Assembly: GCA_048620775.1 (NCBI GenBank)
Contig: JBMCEH010000001.1
Span: 1-56,349 of the forward strand
Source of the DNA: Candidatus Natronoplasma sp.
GTDB lineage: Archaea; Thermoplasmatota; Thermoplasmata; Halarchaeoplasmatales; Halarchaeoplasmataceae
Reading direction: 5' to 3'
DNA: 56,349 nucleotides
Numbering within the stretch: the stretch's first letter is position 1; each line of letters starts with the position of its first letter. The translations under genes and the position numbers were made by a program. The notes beneath the pieces were generated by a model. It worked only from the letters and a program-made list of their open reading frames with translations. It was not told where the DNA came from and ran no database searches. Below, piece by piece: positions 27,053 through 35,123 of this stretch.

Positions 27053-30000
27053 TTAATCCTTCGAGTATTTTTCCCAGTCCCCAGATCTGTATTTTCCCCG
27101 GCTTTCATGCAGGGCTTCGAGCATCTCTGTTATATCGGAGACGTCTTTCAGACCGCCTGGCCAGTCTTTGATATCTTCACCATACCTTTCTTCAATATCA
27201 GAGACTAAATTTTTCATCCCTTCCAAAGCCCATTTTGGCTCATCGCCGGATATGAAAACAGCCAAGATTACACTATCACCTTTATGCACTAGTACTTTTT
27301 TGTCGCCATACTCCATCCTCTTTAAGACCTCGTCGTCCTCTTCGGCGAAGGCATCATCTACAAAATTTTGTACGGCTGTGAACATGCCTGCTAGTATATC
27401 TTCATCCCTTTCCTCATTTACCGTTCTAGCGATGTGTTTGATCAACCCACCGGAATCATGGATGAGGAATATGTCTTCGATGGTATATTCTCCTCTTTTC
27501 ACATAAAAAGCTACTCCTATCAATCCGAGGGATGTCAATCCAAATAAAAGTACTATATTGTTTGAATACCAAGGACCAGTTTTCGGTTGCTCGACAATTA
27601 CTTCGATGCTGTCCGTAGTTGTATCCAAGCCATCACTCACCTCTACCGTCACATTGTAATCTCCGGACTCATCATACCCAAAAAATAGTTTTTGTCCGTA
27701 GACCTCTACGTTAGGACTTTGAACTATGATTTCTAACTCATTTTTATTATTATCTACGTCGGATATGTAATCCCCCATATCCAAGATCCAATTTTCACCC
27801 ACCTCGCCTTCCTGTTTTGGGATATCAGATACCACGGGAGGATCATTGACAGGCGTTACTGTGACGTTCAGTGAATCTTCCATCAGCGCTCCTGCGCTGT
27901 TATTAGCCCGTAAAGTTATCAATTCTTGACCATACCAGTTATCTGGAGCGGAAAAATCAACAGAGCTGTTTTCGTGTATCTCGACGTCGATATACTCGTT
28001 TCCCGAGGAGTAGTATATGGTGTCGTTTTGTCTGTCGATAAAATGATTATCAAGGTGAAAAGCGTTGGTCAATTGATCGTCCTCTTTGAAAGCCACATCA
28101 TGAAGAGGTATGACTAGTTCAGGAGGATATACGTCAGTTACATTGACAGTGGTGATCTCAGAGGTAGTTTCTAAACCGTCAGAAACGAAGATCTCTATAG
28201 GTATGGTCTGGTTGTACATCTCCTCTGGAAACACCATAATCAATTCGGTGCCATCAACAGAAACATATTCAGAATCAGTGGATATCGAGAGGTCGTGGGT
28301 CTCGTTATCTCGGTCAGAGATATAGTACTCCAAATCGAATTCGTAGGACTCTTCATAATGGACCACGAACTCGGGAAGTTCTTTGATCTCAGGGGGATAA
28401 TTGATAGGGATCACAGTAACTTCTATCGTTTGTTCTATCAACGCACCTTCTGAATCCTCTGCTCTGAAAGTCACCGTTTCCACACCGTGCCAATCGACGT
28501 CTGCTTCCACATCCACTGTATTGTTCGCATGGAGGGTGATACTCAGGTAAGTGTAACCATAACTCATGTAAAGCGGTTCGTCTTCAGGATCGAAAAAATA
28601 GTCATCGAGGTCGAAAACGTTCTCTTTTAGTTCGCCCTGCTTTATCTCAAGGTCCGGCAGTTCCTCTTTTTCATCAGGCGGATCGTTCGAAGTCACTTCG
28701 ACATTTATAGCCGTGTGATCACTGTTTTCCCCATCAGAAACTGTGAGAACGACCAAGACCTCCTCTCCGAGCATATCCTCAGGATATTCATAGGTGACGT
28801 TCAACCCTTGAACCTCAGTATGATCAGGATCATCGGTCTCCAGCTCGAGTTCGTCCATCCGTTCCTCGTCATAGGTGATGTAGGGCAAGTAATCGAATTT
28901 GTAAGGCTTATCGTAGTGGACTTTCAAATCCGGAGGAGTATCGAACTCCGGAGATTGGTAATCAGCTGTTAAGTTTATCCACGCCTTTTGAGAGACCTCA
29001 TTATCGGCGCTGTTTACAAGATGATACATGACCCGCATAGAACCTTGTGCATTTTCCTCGGATAGAAGAGTCAAAATGTGATTTCCAGTATTGTTCTCCC
29101 CTAAAACCTCGATCACATCTGGGTCTTGACCGGTGAGATACCAACTCAAATCACTCAGGTCGTCGTACTCGTCATCTGCATGCTCGGTCAGATTTATCTC
29201 ATATATTCCAAAGTCTTTTTCAAGCTCGATATCAGGAATATCTCCTTTAATCGTTGGTTCACCATCATAGGCCACACTGAACTCAGACGAACTTTCGAAC
29301 TGATCGGTTATGGCGGTCACGTTGCATATCCCTTCGCTTAGACCGTGAAGGGTAGTTGTAGTTCCGTTATCCTCGTCTATCTCCCCTACATCTTCTGAAT
29401 CTAGGTCCCACTCGACCTCTAGATTACTCACGAAACCTGCCGTTTCATTATAGCCAGCAGCATACAGATCGATGGTTTCGTCGAGTCCCAAACTCTCCTT
29501 GTCGATGATATCTCCGGCTCCGTCAGGCTGGCTCCTGATGTTTATCCCATCGATCTCGGGTTCTTTGACAGAGAACTGGACTGAATCCATTTTCCCCTCG
29601 TAACTTGCATTTAGCCACACCTTCTCTGGTATCGTACCTACATCTATCCCATTCTCCACACCGCTATCGGTTTCCAAGAGTTGAGCACCGCCTCCGTCGA
29701 CATTCCACTCCGCCTCGACAAGATCTACGTACCCTGCAGTCTCATTGTATCCGGAGGCATTACCCCAGATCCTTTCTCCAACCGGGACATTCCCACCTTC
29801 CAAAGCATTACCACCAGGTGTTTCGGTGATATTTATGCTGTCTACCGTAGGTGAACGTACTTCGAACTTTACACTATCATGGAAAGTACTACCTGAGGAA
29901 TTCTCGTATGTAAGGTTGAACCAAACGTCACCGGCCTCATCTCCAACTTCTATAACGTTCGACTCGTTATAGCTGTCTTCCGAAAGAGAAGAACCTCCAC

Positions 30001-30880
30001 CCTCTGCAGACCAGTTCCCTGAGACGGTATAAAGGTATTCGCCATCTTCATTATAAACGGAACAATATCCTCTTACTTGATGACCGACTTCCACGGTTTC
30101 GTTATCCAACGGTTCACCACCGGGTGAGTCCGTGATCTTGACATGATCTACATCATCTGTTACAACGGTATATTTTACACTATCTTGATAATCATCACGT
30201 ATGGAGGTAACGTTAAACCAAACGTCGCCTGCAGTTTCTCCAACGTTTATAACGTTAAAAGAATTCTCTTCCGCATATAAAAGGCTCGCATCACCAGTAA
30301 CATTCCACTCACCAAATGGATTATCAAAAAAACCGTAGGTGTCATTATAAGTTGAAAGATATCCTCCTTCCTCATAATTTGGAGGGACCTCTTTATCGGA
30401 CAAGGCCGTACCGTTCACTTCATCGGTGATCTTAACATAATCGACCCCGGCTGTCGTAAAATTCCAGGGACCTCCTTCAGTTTGGTTCTCTACGACAACA
30501 TGCCAAGAATAATTTTTATTTGGATCTAAACTCTCCCATACCACTTCAGCCCTCTCTCCGCTGGTAACATTTTCTGCACTATCAATTTCACTCTCTGTCT
30601 CGTTATCATAAAATGAAACGTCCATTTCCTGCTCTTCAGTATGATTGACCAATACGGATAATTTCGGAGTTGAATTCAAGCCTTCTTGACCGTCAGAAGG
30701 TATTGGATCCTTGATATCGATCGATGATTCCAGTATATCCTCTTCAGACTTTTCTAAGGATCCTTCTTCAAATTCGATGTCTTCTTTCCGATCTTGAAGA
30801 TGACCATATCCTAAAGCATCGGCTACAGAAAAAAGTAGGAGGCAGATCAAACACATAGAGATGACATCGTATTTATTCAT
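27053..30880 (-). CDS. giant single-pass surface protein: signal peptide, Ig-like and cadherin-like repeat arrays, TM helix, cytoplasmic Roadblock/longin-like tail
   Basis: Signal peptide MNKYDVISMCLICLLLFSVADA. There are four ~95-aa repeats with VD.VKITD/.....GDVWFN.T, then alternating ~100-aa domains ending in ...VTV.P(V/I)N(D/Y)PP. The TM helix is IVLLFGLTSLGLIGVAFYV, followed by a 148-aa tail. I counted about three dozen N-x-S/T sequons by hand. Confidence 0.75.
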   Translation of the reverse strand: MNKYDVISMCLICLLLFSVADALGYGHLQDRKEDIEFEEGSLEKSEEDILESSIDIKDPIPSDGQEGLNSTPKLSVLVNHTEEQEMDVSFYDNETESEIDSAENVTSGERAEVVWESLDPNKNYSWHVVVENQTEGGPWNFTTAGVDYVKITDEVNGTALSDKEVPPNYEEGGYLSTYNDTYGFFDNPFGEWNVTGDASLLYAEENSFNVINVGETAGDVWFNVTSIRDDYQDSVKYTVVTDDVDHVKITDSPGGEPLDNETVEVGHQVRGYCSVYNEDGEYLYTVSGNWSAEGGGSSLSEDSYNESNVIEVGDEAGDVWFNLTYENSSGSTFHDSVKFEVRSPTVDSINITETPGGNALEGGNVPVGERIWGNASGYNETAGYVDLVEAEWNVDGGGAQLLETDSGVENGIDVGTIPEKVWLNASYEGKMDSVQFSVKEPEIDGINIRSQPDGAGDIIDKESLGLDETIDLYAAGYNETAGFVSNLEVEWDLDSEDVGEIDEDNGTTTTLHGLSEGICNVTAITDQFESSSEFSVAYDGEPTIKGDIPDIELEKDFGIYEINLTEHADDEYDDLSDLSWYLTGQDPDVIEVLGENNTGNHILTLLSEENAQGSMRVMYHLVNSADNEVSQKAWINLTADYQSPEFDTPPDLKVHYDKPYKFDYLPYITYDEERMDELELETDDPDHTEVQGLNVTYEYPEDMLGEEVLVVLTVSDGENSDHTAINVEVTSNDPPDEKEELPDLEIKQGELKENVFDLDDYFFDPEDEPLYMSYGYTYLSITLHANNTVDVEADVDWHGVETVTFRAEDSEGALIEQTIEVTVIPINYPPEIKELPEFVVHYEESYEFDLEYYISDRDNETHDLSISTDSEYVSVDGTELIMVFPEEMYNQTIPIEIFVSDGLETTSEITTVNVTDVYPPELVIPLHDVAFKEDDQLTNAFHLDNHFIDRQNDTIYYSSGNEYIDVEIHENSSVDFSAPDNWYGQELITLRANNSAGALMEDSLNVTVTPVNDPPVVSDIPKQEGEVGENWILDMGDYISDVDNNKNELEIIVQSPNVEVYGQKLFFGYDESGDYNVTVEVSDGLDTTTDSIEVIVEQPKTGPWYSNNIVLLFGLTSLGLIGVAFYVKRGEYTIEDIFLIHDSGGLIKHIARTVNEERDEDILAGMFTAVQNFVDDAFAEEDDEVLKRMEYGDKKVLVHKGDSVILAVFISGDEPKWALEGMKNLVSDIEERYGEDIKDWPGGLKDVSDITEMLEALHESRGKYRSGDWEKYSKD

Positions 30881-31050
30881 ACAAGTGAACCCCTGCTTTA
30901 TGTGATGTAAAATAAAACTTGTAGAGAGATATACTTAACCCTTTTGTCGATTTAGTGATTTTGTTGTGATGATATACGCCCATATCTTGTTCTCCTTAGA
31001 TTTCGTGAGAGAGAGTATCCTAGGTCAGCCCACTCATCACCAGAAGAGCT

Positions 31051-33345
31051 TTATCCGATTTCAACGGTTTCTTCTAAAATTGTAACACTACCATATTCTA
31101 GTGTAACTGTAAGTGTGATATCGTAAACACCAGGTGACGAATATTCATGAGAGGTATTTCTACTCTCACACGTATTTCCGTCTCCGAAGTCCCACTCATA
31201 AGATAAGATATCGTCCTCATCAAAATTCCCAACTGCCGAAAAATGTACCGTTCTAGATTCGGAGACCATATCACCGATCTCCTCATTTATATCATATGAT
31301 AACTCATGTTCTTCTGAGTTATGTTTAAAATTGTTGAAGAGAGTACTATAATTATCTCCACAAGTGAAATTTACCCATACTGGATTAGCTCCTCTCCCCT
31401 CAGACTCATAGTACAGGTCAAGGGTGTAGTTCCCCGTCATCCTGTATTTCATCTCTACCGTTTCGACCTGGGGTTTACCCGGCTCTCTTACCAGTTCGAT
31501 ACTTTCGATTACTTCACCGTCCTCCTGGAGCACAGCCGTTATGCTGTTACCTTTTCTCCCGGCTATCCTAACTGACATCTCCACCTCTCTCCATTTATCT
31601 ATCTCAAGGTCGATATCTGGAGTTTCTACTGTGACAGTAACAATAGGAGAAGTCACTTCTTGGTAGGTCGCTTTCACGTCGTATTCTCCTGTCGCAGTCT
31701 CCTCAAACAGGCCATCTTCTGTCGTATTCTCCCACATGAAGTTCGTATCTTCATCTTCAATAAGATTATCGTATTGATCGTAAGCTTCCGCGGAGAAGTC
31801 TATCGTTTCGCCTGCCGTGATCGTCTGGTCTGTTACTGGATCTATATCAACGTAATCAACTTCAGCTGGTTCCACATCGAATTCGTTGTTTGTACCCTCT
31901 ACAGTTTCATCGTCTTGATCCGTGGCCGTGATCGTGATATCTTCATCGGCCTCAGTGATGGTCACGGTGCCCGACCATTCCCCTTCTGTGAAAGTAGCCT
32001 CAACTGGATCTATAGTTCCCGTGGTATCTGTTAGATCGACAGTTCCTTCATATCCTGTAGCTACGTTACCATCGTCATCATAAGCCGTTATAGTTATGTC
32101 AAATGATTCACCGGCCGTTTGAGTTACTATATCATCAAACCTGAATTCGACCGCCTCTCCAGGCCCGCCGAATGAATACATCTTTCCGTTCACTGAACCT
32201 ACGTAAATTTTTCCGTCCTCGCCTATTGCCGGAGATGAATAAACATCATCGCCTGCTTCATAGGTCCATACCTTTTCACCATCAGTATTCAAAGCGTAGA
32301 GATTTCCATCATCAGATCCAACATATAGATATCCATCAGCGCTCACCGCAGGTGACGATCTTACTCTATCACCGGTTTCAAAAGTCCATTCTTCTGTTCC
32401 TTCTTTCACGCCGTAAACGTTACCGTTCCTAGCACCAAAATAAATCGTGCCATCTTGATCGACTGCTGGTGAAGTGCGTATTTGTGCGCCACTATCATAA
32501 TTCCATTTCAAATTACCTTCTTTATCTAAAGCGTAAAGATAACCGTCATAAGAACCAAAATATATTCCATCCTCCCCGATAGATGGTGAGGAATAGATAT
32601 CATCTCCGGTAGCATAATTCCACAGCTCAGTACCATCTGTTTTGTCTATGGCATAAAGGTTATTATCTCCTGAGCCCACGTAAACCACACCTTCTTCGGA
32701 TATCGAAGGCGACGACCATAACCAAGAATCAGAGCTAAATTCCCAGTTCAAATTCCCGTCTTTATCGATAGAATAAAGGTTACCATCATAGGACCCAACG
32801 TACACATTACCATCTTCATCCAAAGTAGGGGAAGAAAAAACTGCACCATCTGTCTCATATCTCCATCTTAAAGACCCATCCGGATTGAGTGCATAAATAT
32901 GTTCATCGCCAGATCCAAAATAGATTATCTCTTCTTCCGAAACAGCCGGCGAAGATATGATCATTTCATCCGTATTAAAAGTCCACTGCTCCTCGCCATC
33001 CTCTACATCGACCGCGTATAGATTGCTGTCTATAGAACCAAAATACATCACGCCTTCAGAACCTATAGCAGGGGATGACCTTACCGCTGATCCAGCATCG
33101 TGAGTCCAGTCAAGAGAGCTGTCTATGTGACCAGTATCGTATGGACTCAGCCGAGTATTCCGTTCATCTCTACCAAAGGATGGCCACGGTCCTTCAGATA
33201 GACTCTTTATTTCATCGTCTACTTCATCATCAACCTCATCTTCCTGGACCCCCGCAGGAGAAATATAAGCTGAGCTAACTGATAACCCTAACAATATTGT
33301 TCCCGAGATCAGGACCGCGATATATTTTCCGCTTTTTTTATTCAT
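31051..33345 (-). CDS. secreted PQQ-like beta-propeller protein with Ig-like domains and a C-terminal PKD domain
   Basis: Signal/anchor YIAVLISGTILLGLSVSSA. Eight repeats of the (L/I)YA(L/V/I)..DG...W.. type, two Ig-like modules (ITITAYDDDGN..., DFSAEAYDQYDN...), and PKD signature YEWDFGDGN. The start is placed at MNKKSGKY (33345). Confidence 0.75.
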   Translation of the reverse strand: MNKKSGKYIAVLISGTILLGLSVSSAYISPAGVQEDEVDDEVDDEIKSLSEGPWPSFGRDERNTRLSPYDTGHIDSSLDWTHDAGSAVRSSPAIGSEGVMYFGSIDSNLYAVDVEDGEEQWTFNTDEMIISSPAVSEEEIIYFGSGDEHIYALNPDGSLRWRYETDGAVFSSPTLDEDGNVYVGSYDGNLYSIDKDGNLNWEFSSDSWLWSSPSISEEGVVYVGSGDNNLYAIDKTDGTELWNYATGDDIYSSPSIGEDGIYFGSYDGYLYALDKEGNLKWNYDSGAQIRTSPAVDQDGTIYFGARNGNVYGVKEGTEEWTFETGDRVRSSPAVSADGYLYVGSDDGNLYALNTDGEKVWTYEAGDDVYSSPAIGEDGKIYVGSVNGKMYSFGGPGEAVEFRFDDIVTQTAGESFDITITAYDDDGNVATGYEGTVDLTDTTGTIDPVEATFTEGEWSGTVTITEADEDITITATDQDDETVEGTNNEFDVEPAEVDYVDIDPVTDQTITAGETIDFSAEAYDQYDNLIEDEDTNFMWENTTEDGLFEETATGEYDVKATYQEVTSPIVTVTVETPDIDLEIDKWREVEMSVRIAGRKGNSITAVLQEDGEVIESIELVREPGKPQVETVEMKYRMTGNYTLDLYYESEGRGANPVWVNFTCGDNYSTLFNNFKHNSEEHELSYDINEEIGDMVSESRTVHFSAVGNFDEDDILSYEWDFGDGNTCESRNTSHEYSSPGVYDITLTVTLEYGSVTILEETVEIG

Positions 33346-33362
33346 GCCCTTCTCTTGCTTAG

Positions 33363-33372
33363 TAATATATAT
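33363..33372 (-). promoter_or_regulatory. possible TATA box for the PQQ-propeller gene
   Basis: The minus strand reads ATATATATTA, about 23 nt upstream of the ATG at 33345. Confidence 0.3.
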
Positions 33373-33507
33373 GAGAGTATTAGTCATAAATAACTTTTGC
33401 CCGCCTATCAAGAAAATAACTTTTTTGCCCTTATATTCATATTTATCCCTATCTTTAATTCGCTACATTTCCACTCCTTATCCTCTCATTAAGAAATCAA
33501 ACATACC

Positions 33508-33516
33508 TTTTTATAT
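33508..33516 (+). promoter_or_regulatory. possible TATA box for the GTPase/V4R-DUF835 pair
   Basis: TTTTTATAT is centred about 26 nt upstream of the ATG at 33538. Confidence 0.35.
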
Positions 33517-33537
33517 CGTTTCTATTGTTGTTATACC

Positions 33538-34167
33538 ATGGCTCTGAGATCGATGAAGATCTTACTTCTGGGAGACGGAGCTGTTGGGAAGACCTCCCTG
33601 GTAAGGAGATTCGTAGAACAAAAATTCGACGACCGATATATAGCAACGATAGGGGTCAATGTCAAAAAGAAAAGACTGCCCGAGCTAGGTATCAAGATGA
33701 TGCTCTGGGATATCTACGGGCAGAAGATGAACAAGAACCTTCACGCATCCCATTATTCGGGGGCGGATGGAGCTATAATAGTATACGATCTCACACGCTA
33801 CGATACTTTTTTGAGCCTGAATGGCTGGATAGACGAGGTGTTCTCAGTCACAGGTAAGATCCCTTTAGTTATTTTAGGAAATAAATTAGATCTCATCGAG
33901 AAGTATGAAAGTAGCAGATACGATGATTTTGACTCGTTCATAAAAAGAGAACAAAGTCATATTGTCGATTTTTATAAGAAAGTTTATGAAGAAGTACCCG
34001 ATTTTTCCATGGTATCTCCAGATGAACAATCTAGATGGGCTGAAGACAAAAGAGCTGAGATAGAATCCGAGTTCTCATGTTACTTAACTAGTGCAAAAAC
34101 TGGAGAGAATGTGGAAGAAGCTTTCCGTAAAATAGGAGAAATATTATTAGAGGAGGAGATAAAATGA
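33538..34167 (+). CDS. Ras/Rab-like small GTPase
   Basis: G1 GDGAVGKT, switch-I Thr in YIATIGV, G3 WDIYGQ, G4 GNKLDL, G5 TSAKTG. There is no C-terminal Cys. Confidence 0.85.
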   Translation: MALRSMKILLLGDGAVGKTSLVRRFVEQKFDDRYIATIGVNVKKKRLPELGIKMMLWDIYGQKMNKNLHASHYSGADGAIIVYDLTRYDTFLSLNGWIDEVFSVTGKIPLVILGNKLDLIEKYESSRYDDFDSFIKREQSHIVDFYKKVYEEVPDFSMVSPDEQSRWAEDKRAEIESEFSCYLTSAKTGENVEEAFRKIGEILLEEEIK

Positions 34168-35072
34168 CCGACCTTGTGTCTATGCCTATAAAAATCATAC
34201 CACACTTGAGGACCACTATCGAGCAGATGGGGGGTAAAAACGAAGGAAATTTCGCTATATACCATCTAGGGTTTGAATGGGGTAAAGAAACAGTAGAGAT
34301 AAGTGGTGAAAAGAGCGACCTCGACGAATTGAAAACTAAAACTGTTTTGACTGCTATCCATTCTGGGATAACGAACTTCGAAGTGGAGATCAATGAATCC
34401 ATCAAGATAAAACCATATGAAACCAATATAGATGATGATTACTTTTTGGCGGGTTACGCAGCAGGTGTGGTATCGGAGCTCATGGGAGAATATCATATCG
34501 CCAGGATCAAAGATGGACAATACGAGGTGGTCAAGTCTGAAAATAAGATAGACGGTGAAATGTTTAGAGTGAGAGGAGAAAGGGAAAAAGTTGAATTAGA
34601 AAACCTAGAAAGCGGAGGATCATACCTTATAGCTGAGGAGGCGAAAGAAGCCCAGAGAAGCTTCGAAACATTTGTGAACGCTTTTAAAGAAGGTATGCCC
34701 GGATTGTGTTTTACAAGAAAGTTCCCCTCAAAATTAAAAGAAAAGTATCCTGATATCAACTGCCCGATATTCTGGCTCAGTATAGTGGATTCAACGGAGG
34801 ACGTAAAAACGATCAAACCTGAAAATTTAGATAATGAGATGATCAAAATCCTAAAAGCTTTTTTGAAGATGAATCAGGGTATAGTCATAATACACGGTAT
34901 AGAATTCCTGATTTCCTACATGGAATTTGATGATCTCTTAAATACACTTCAAAAGACGCGGGAACTGGTCTCAGAGGAAGGTGGCATCTTACTTTTACCT
35001 GCCAATACAGAATCGCTCAATGAAGACGATTTCAACACATTGAAAACCGAGTTTAAAATGTTCGTTCTATGA
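34164..35072 (+). CDS. V4R-like N-terminal domain fused to a DUF835-like C-terminal domain
   Basis: N-terminus: YHLGFEWGKE...FLAGYAAGVVSELMG, which is V4R-like. C-terminus: GMPGLCFTRKFPSKLKEKY...PIFWLS...IKPENL...VIIHGIEFLISYMEFDDLLNTLQ...LLLPANTESLNEDDFNTLKTEF, the DUF835 layout. ATGA overlap with the GTPase stop. Confidence 0.6.
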   Translation: MTDLVSMPIKIIPHLRTTIEQMGGKNEGNFAIYHLGFEWGKETVEISGEKSDLDELKTKTVLTAIHSGITNFEVEINESIKIKPYETNIDDDYFLAGYAAGVVSELMGEYHIARIKDGQYEVVKSENKIDGEMFRVRGEREKVELENLESGGSYLIAEEAKEAQRSFETFVNAFKEGMPGLCFTRKFPSKLKEKYPDINCPIFWLSIVDSTEDVKTIKPENLDNEMIKILKAFLKMNQGIVIIHGIEFLISYMEFDDLLNTLQKTRELVSEEGGILLLPANTESLNEDDFNTLKTEFKMFVL

Positions 35073-35123
35073 TATCATATATCAAACTTGGGCCAATTTT
35101 TACCGTGCTGTTCCATACTTCGC

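Noticed and set aside
30960-31035. Box C/D sRNA-like GTGATGA in the gap between the two large exoprotein genes
   Set aside because: No CTGA D or D' boxes occur at the required spacing, and no terminal stem is present. This is a single C-box-like heptamer only.
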